Shown: one piece after another, positions 41,701 to 42,520 of the stretch
Layout: every line of letters begins with the position of its first letter
Position numbering within the stretch: position 1 is the first letter of the stretch
Position numbers and translations under genes: made by a program
Notes under the pieces: model-generated
What the model saw: only the letters and a program-made list of their open reading frames with translations
Databases searched by the model: none
What the model was told of the DNA's origin: nothing
DNA from: a virus
Taxonomy: Duplodnaviria; Caudoviricetes
Direction: 5' to 3' (one strand)
IMG/VR virus record: IMGVR_UViG_3300005589_000052
Coordinates: 1-42,520 of that record
Length of the DNA stretch: 42,520 nt

Positions 41701-41837
41701 GTGATGCGAAGCCGCTTGTCGCCACCGACCGAGCGCACGTTCTCCGCGTCCGGCGTGGTGTCGCGCCGCTGCTTGCTCTTCGCTTGAGTCTTATCGACCC
41801 CACGCAAGGGCATCGGGATTTCGGTGTCTTCCGGCAT
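38748..41837 (-). CDS. large tail protein: nozzle-like N-terminus, beta-propeller, inserted LamG/concanavalin-like domain
   Basis: Start re-called at ATG 41837 (TGATG overlap); PLRGVD...TTPDAENVR...QRPG; WWDADD...WEDRSGNG...GEIKEILV...VEGYL. Confidence 0.7.
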   Translation of the reverse strand: MPEDTEIPMPLRGVDKTQAKSKQRRDTTPDAENVRSVGGDKRLRITQRPGMEKHYPYAMPGPVQVIATVLTANKSVTYEATEDELESNGDGRTKHTLVWKKFTSQKKDTRNVAVAPISGNVYNLSGNVIEKRNASGVVQWSFSISLANKAFRLSPMALGPDEAIHVAVDGGASGASGAAIYRVRQKQIDIEGNTEPVLEWEYRVDGWVRELKMDGAELKALVQFDAKRRSYVWTFGSLPLAAPQLTASYPVPYPSTCMDVAADGSTYTGHPYFENRNTTPGKPGVGIPLESWTPYEMDNFEDRVWGWWDADDLAGYLDHGSEVKVWEDRSGNGRDWGLGIPEQGAGVTRPGPTLNKKSSIEGATLSFNGKQGLFSKPGGGIFADRDSCLSALPNHGEAAWTMFILCRPSTATDPTEKDADGKPINERRFLINQFHHRKYGGTANAYFDSSDTRAFCTGIIVNSTSAGVPDTDDDLFCWGRSDSIAGASAPGYARPYTPSSGYRFTGAHDSDGYAAGAWTVGTSDFDWPGMPVNRGAGLYGWPKEGQYADLTSNVESQGWCVMTLQYDGGLNECYEVTGTVTGTNLFTPDDSTWLPGIPNATACTLYINGGTVSGTKGNGGTLALGTPVTNGEYTVQAVFDRNLHSRCVWRINGEPIDRWEGLPTAYTGPSDVGTTPTVADRELDYNVDLQATGLGIPWALGKVKPYVGEIKEILVIGNRTGPEGGIELGGETYYPYPTVMTHPKYAANSHAALDTVADQSWTSTANNFTSTEMEKVEGYLMHKAGLQNKLQSTTASYPHPHYPGNGAGTSAGKAHDVPLTSEFPSSGQAWPPRLRTPEALLAKHDASGRMLWCLLAANVYGAGTGGDLFSEDLNGTGGVTGFTDAPATSGVAVGLDGDVFVVGPGSSASGGSQFCMGRIIDSPTTSASPSLRSIGWYHQALPYPPDTNKANFTADVTIRCTTDVFGNFYVPFPPGSVYLNNPAKDAVRAYNPDGDILFRLTTLNHGSASYQNAYAVAFPNSTPDYNVSD

Positions 41838-42196
41838 CAGGTCACCCGCGCAAACTGCACGCACCAAAGGTCAGTCGCCGAAGCCACGCCCGGGAACTCG
41901 ATGTACCAGTTGCCCCGAAGCTCAATCCCTTCGCCTGCGTCCCATTTCAACTCGCGGTTTAGGCTGCTCGCGACGATAGTCGTCGTGAACGCCAGCGTGC
42001 CGTCCTCGTGGTAGAACTCGATAGGGAGCGCCCCCGAGGCCGTGTCAGGCACGATCAAGCGCCGCAGCTCCGTCGTCTTGAAGTCCAGCACAAACGAGTT
42101 CGTAGCCGTAGCCGTCCACGCGCCCGCACCGTTTTCAGGGTAGTAGGGCGTGGTCGCGGTCTGCGTCGAATCGAACTGGATGTGCGGCAGCGGCAT
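41837..42196 (-). CDS. small beta-rich virion protein
   Basis: 119 aa in the late arm; similar to its upstream neighbour. Confidence 0.65.
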   Translation of the reverse strand: MPLPHIQFDSTQTATTPYYPENGAGAWTATATNSFVLDFKTTELRRLIVPDTASGALPIEFYHEDGTLAFTTTIVASSLNRELKWDAGEGIELRGNWYIEFPGVASATDLWCVQFARVT

Positions 42197-42199
42197 CGG

Positions 42200-42520
42200 T
42201 TAGAACGCGTGCTCTTGGATGCGAAATACGACCGTCCCGCCGATCAGGGACGACACAAACGTGAAGCCGTTGGGGAAAGCCATGTTCACCGTGTGCGATC
42301 CAGGCGGGAAGTAGAAGACCTTTGCCGTGGCGAGGCACGCCAGCCCGATAACAGCCGAAGTGTTCGCGTTTGGAGCTGCGATCACTTTCTCCACAAGCAC
42401 CTCGAAAGTGCCCGACGCATGGCCGTTTTGAGTCCAAATCGCATCGCCCGCTGTCGTGCTCCCGGTTCCCTTGCCGTCAGAGGGGTACGTGGGGGTGGCG
42501 ATTGCTGTGGCGGTCGTATA
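42200..42520 (-). CDS. small virion protein, 5'-truncated by the window edge
   Basis: Frame open to 42520 (YTTATAIATPTYPSDGKG...). Confidence 0.65.
   Translation of the reverse strand, partial: YTTATAIATPTYPSDGKGTGSTTAGDAIWTQNGHASGTFEVLVEKVIAAPNANTSAVIGLACLATAKVFYFPPGSHTVNMAFPNGFTFVSSLIGGTVVFRIQEHAF

Noticed and set aside
1-42520. CRISPR array, diversity-generating retroelement, retron or integron
   Set aside because: No regularly spaced identical repeats, no reverse transcriptase, no TR/VR pair and no tyrosine/serine recombinase seen; the junction repeats differ from pair to pair

Overview
The whole window is a near-complete, GC-rich tailed dsDNA phage genome with a podovirus/P22-like virion and lambdoid-style recombination and replication genes. 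It appears circularly permuted, with both ends cut inside late genes. The minus-strand late arm runs from 7842 down to 1 (GH99/GH71-like protein, small structural protein, TerS, TerL, portal, scaffold, major capsid). It continues from 42520 down to 25600 (tail proteins, an apparently split gp10/nozzle-like gene, ejection proteins, a 2487-aa polyvalent protein, and a membrane/lysis cluster). The plus-strand early arm (8052-25589) holds about 45 tightly coupled, mostly small genes, including RecE/RecT-like, replication initiator, HTH, RusA-like, HNH and SSB genes. I found no integrase, polymerase, tRNA, CRISPR array, reverse transcriptase or recognisable endolysin. Most notable observations: (1) early genes and sub-gene modules are bracketed by 8-19 bp direct repeats; (2) one such module is a 38-codon terminase-like fragment sharing RIMSTQYD with the phage's own TerL; (3) a 23-bp palindrome occurs both upstream of the late operon and inside the scaffold gene; (4) an OOP-like ~77-nt antisense RNA unit lies upstream of the replication genes; (5) a two-state RNA switch precedes recE; (6) the nozzle-like gene appears interrupted by a 549-bp in-frame insert. 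All family assignments come from motif recognition by eye, not from database searches.
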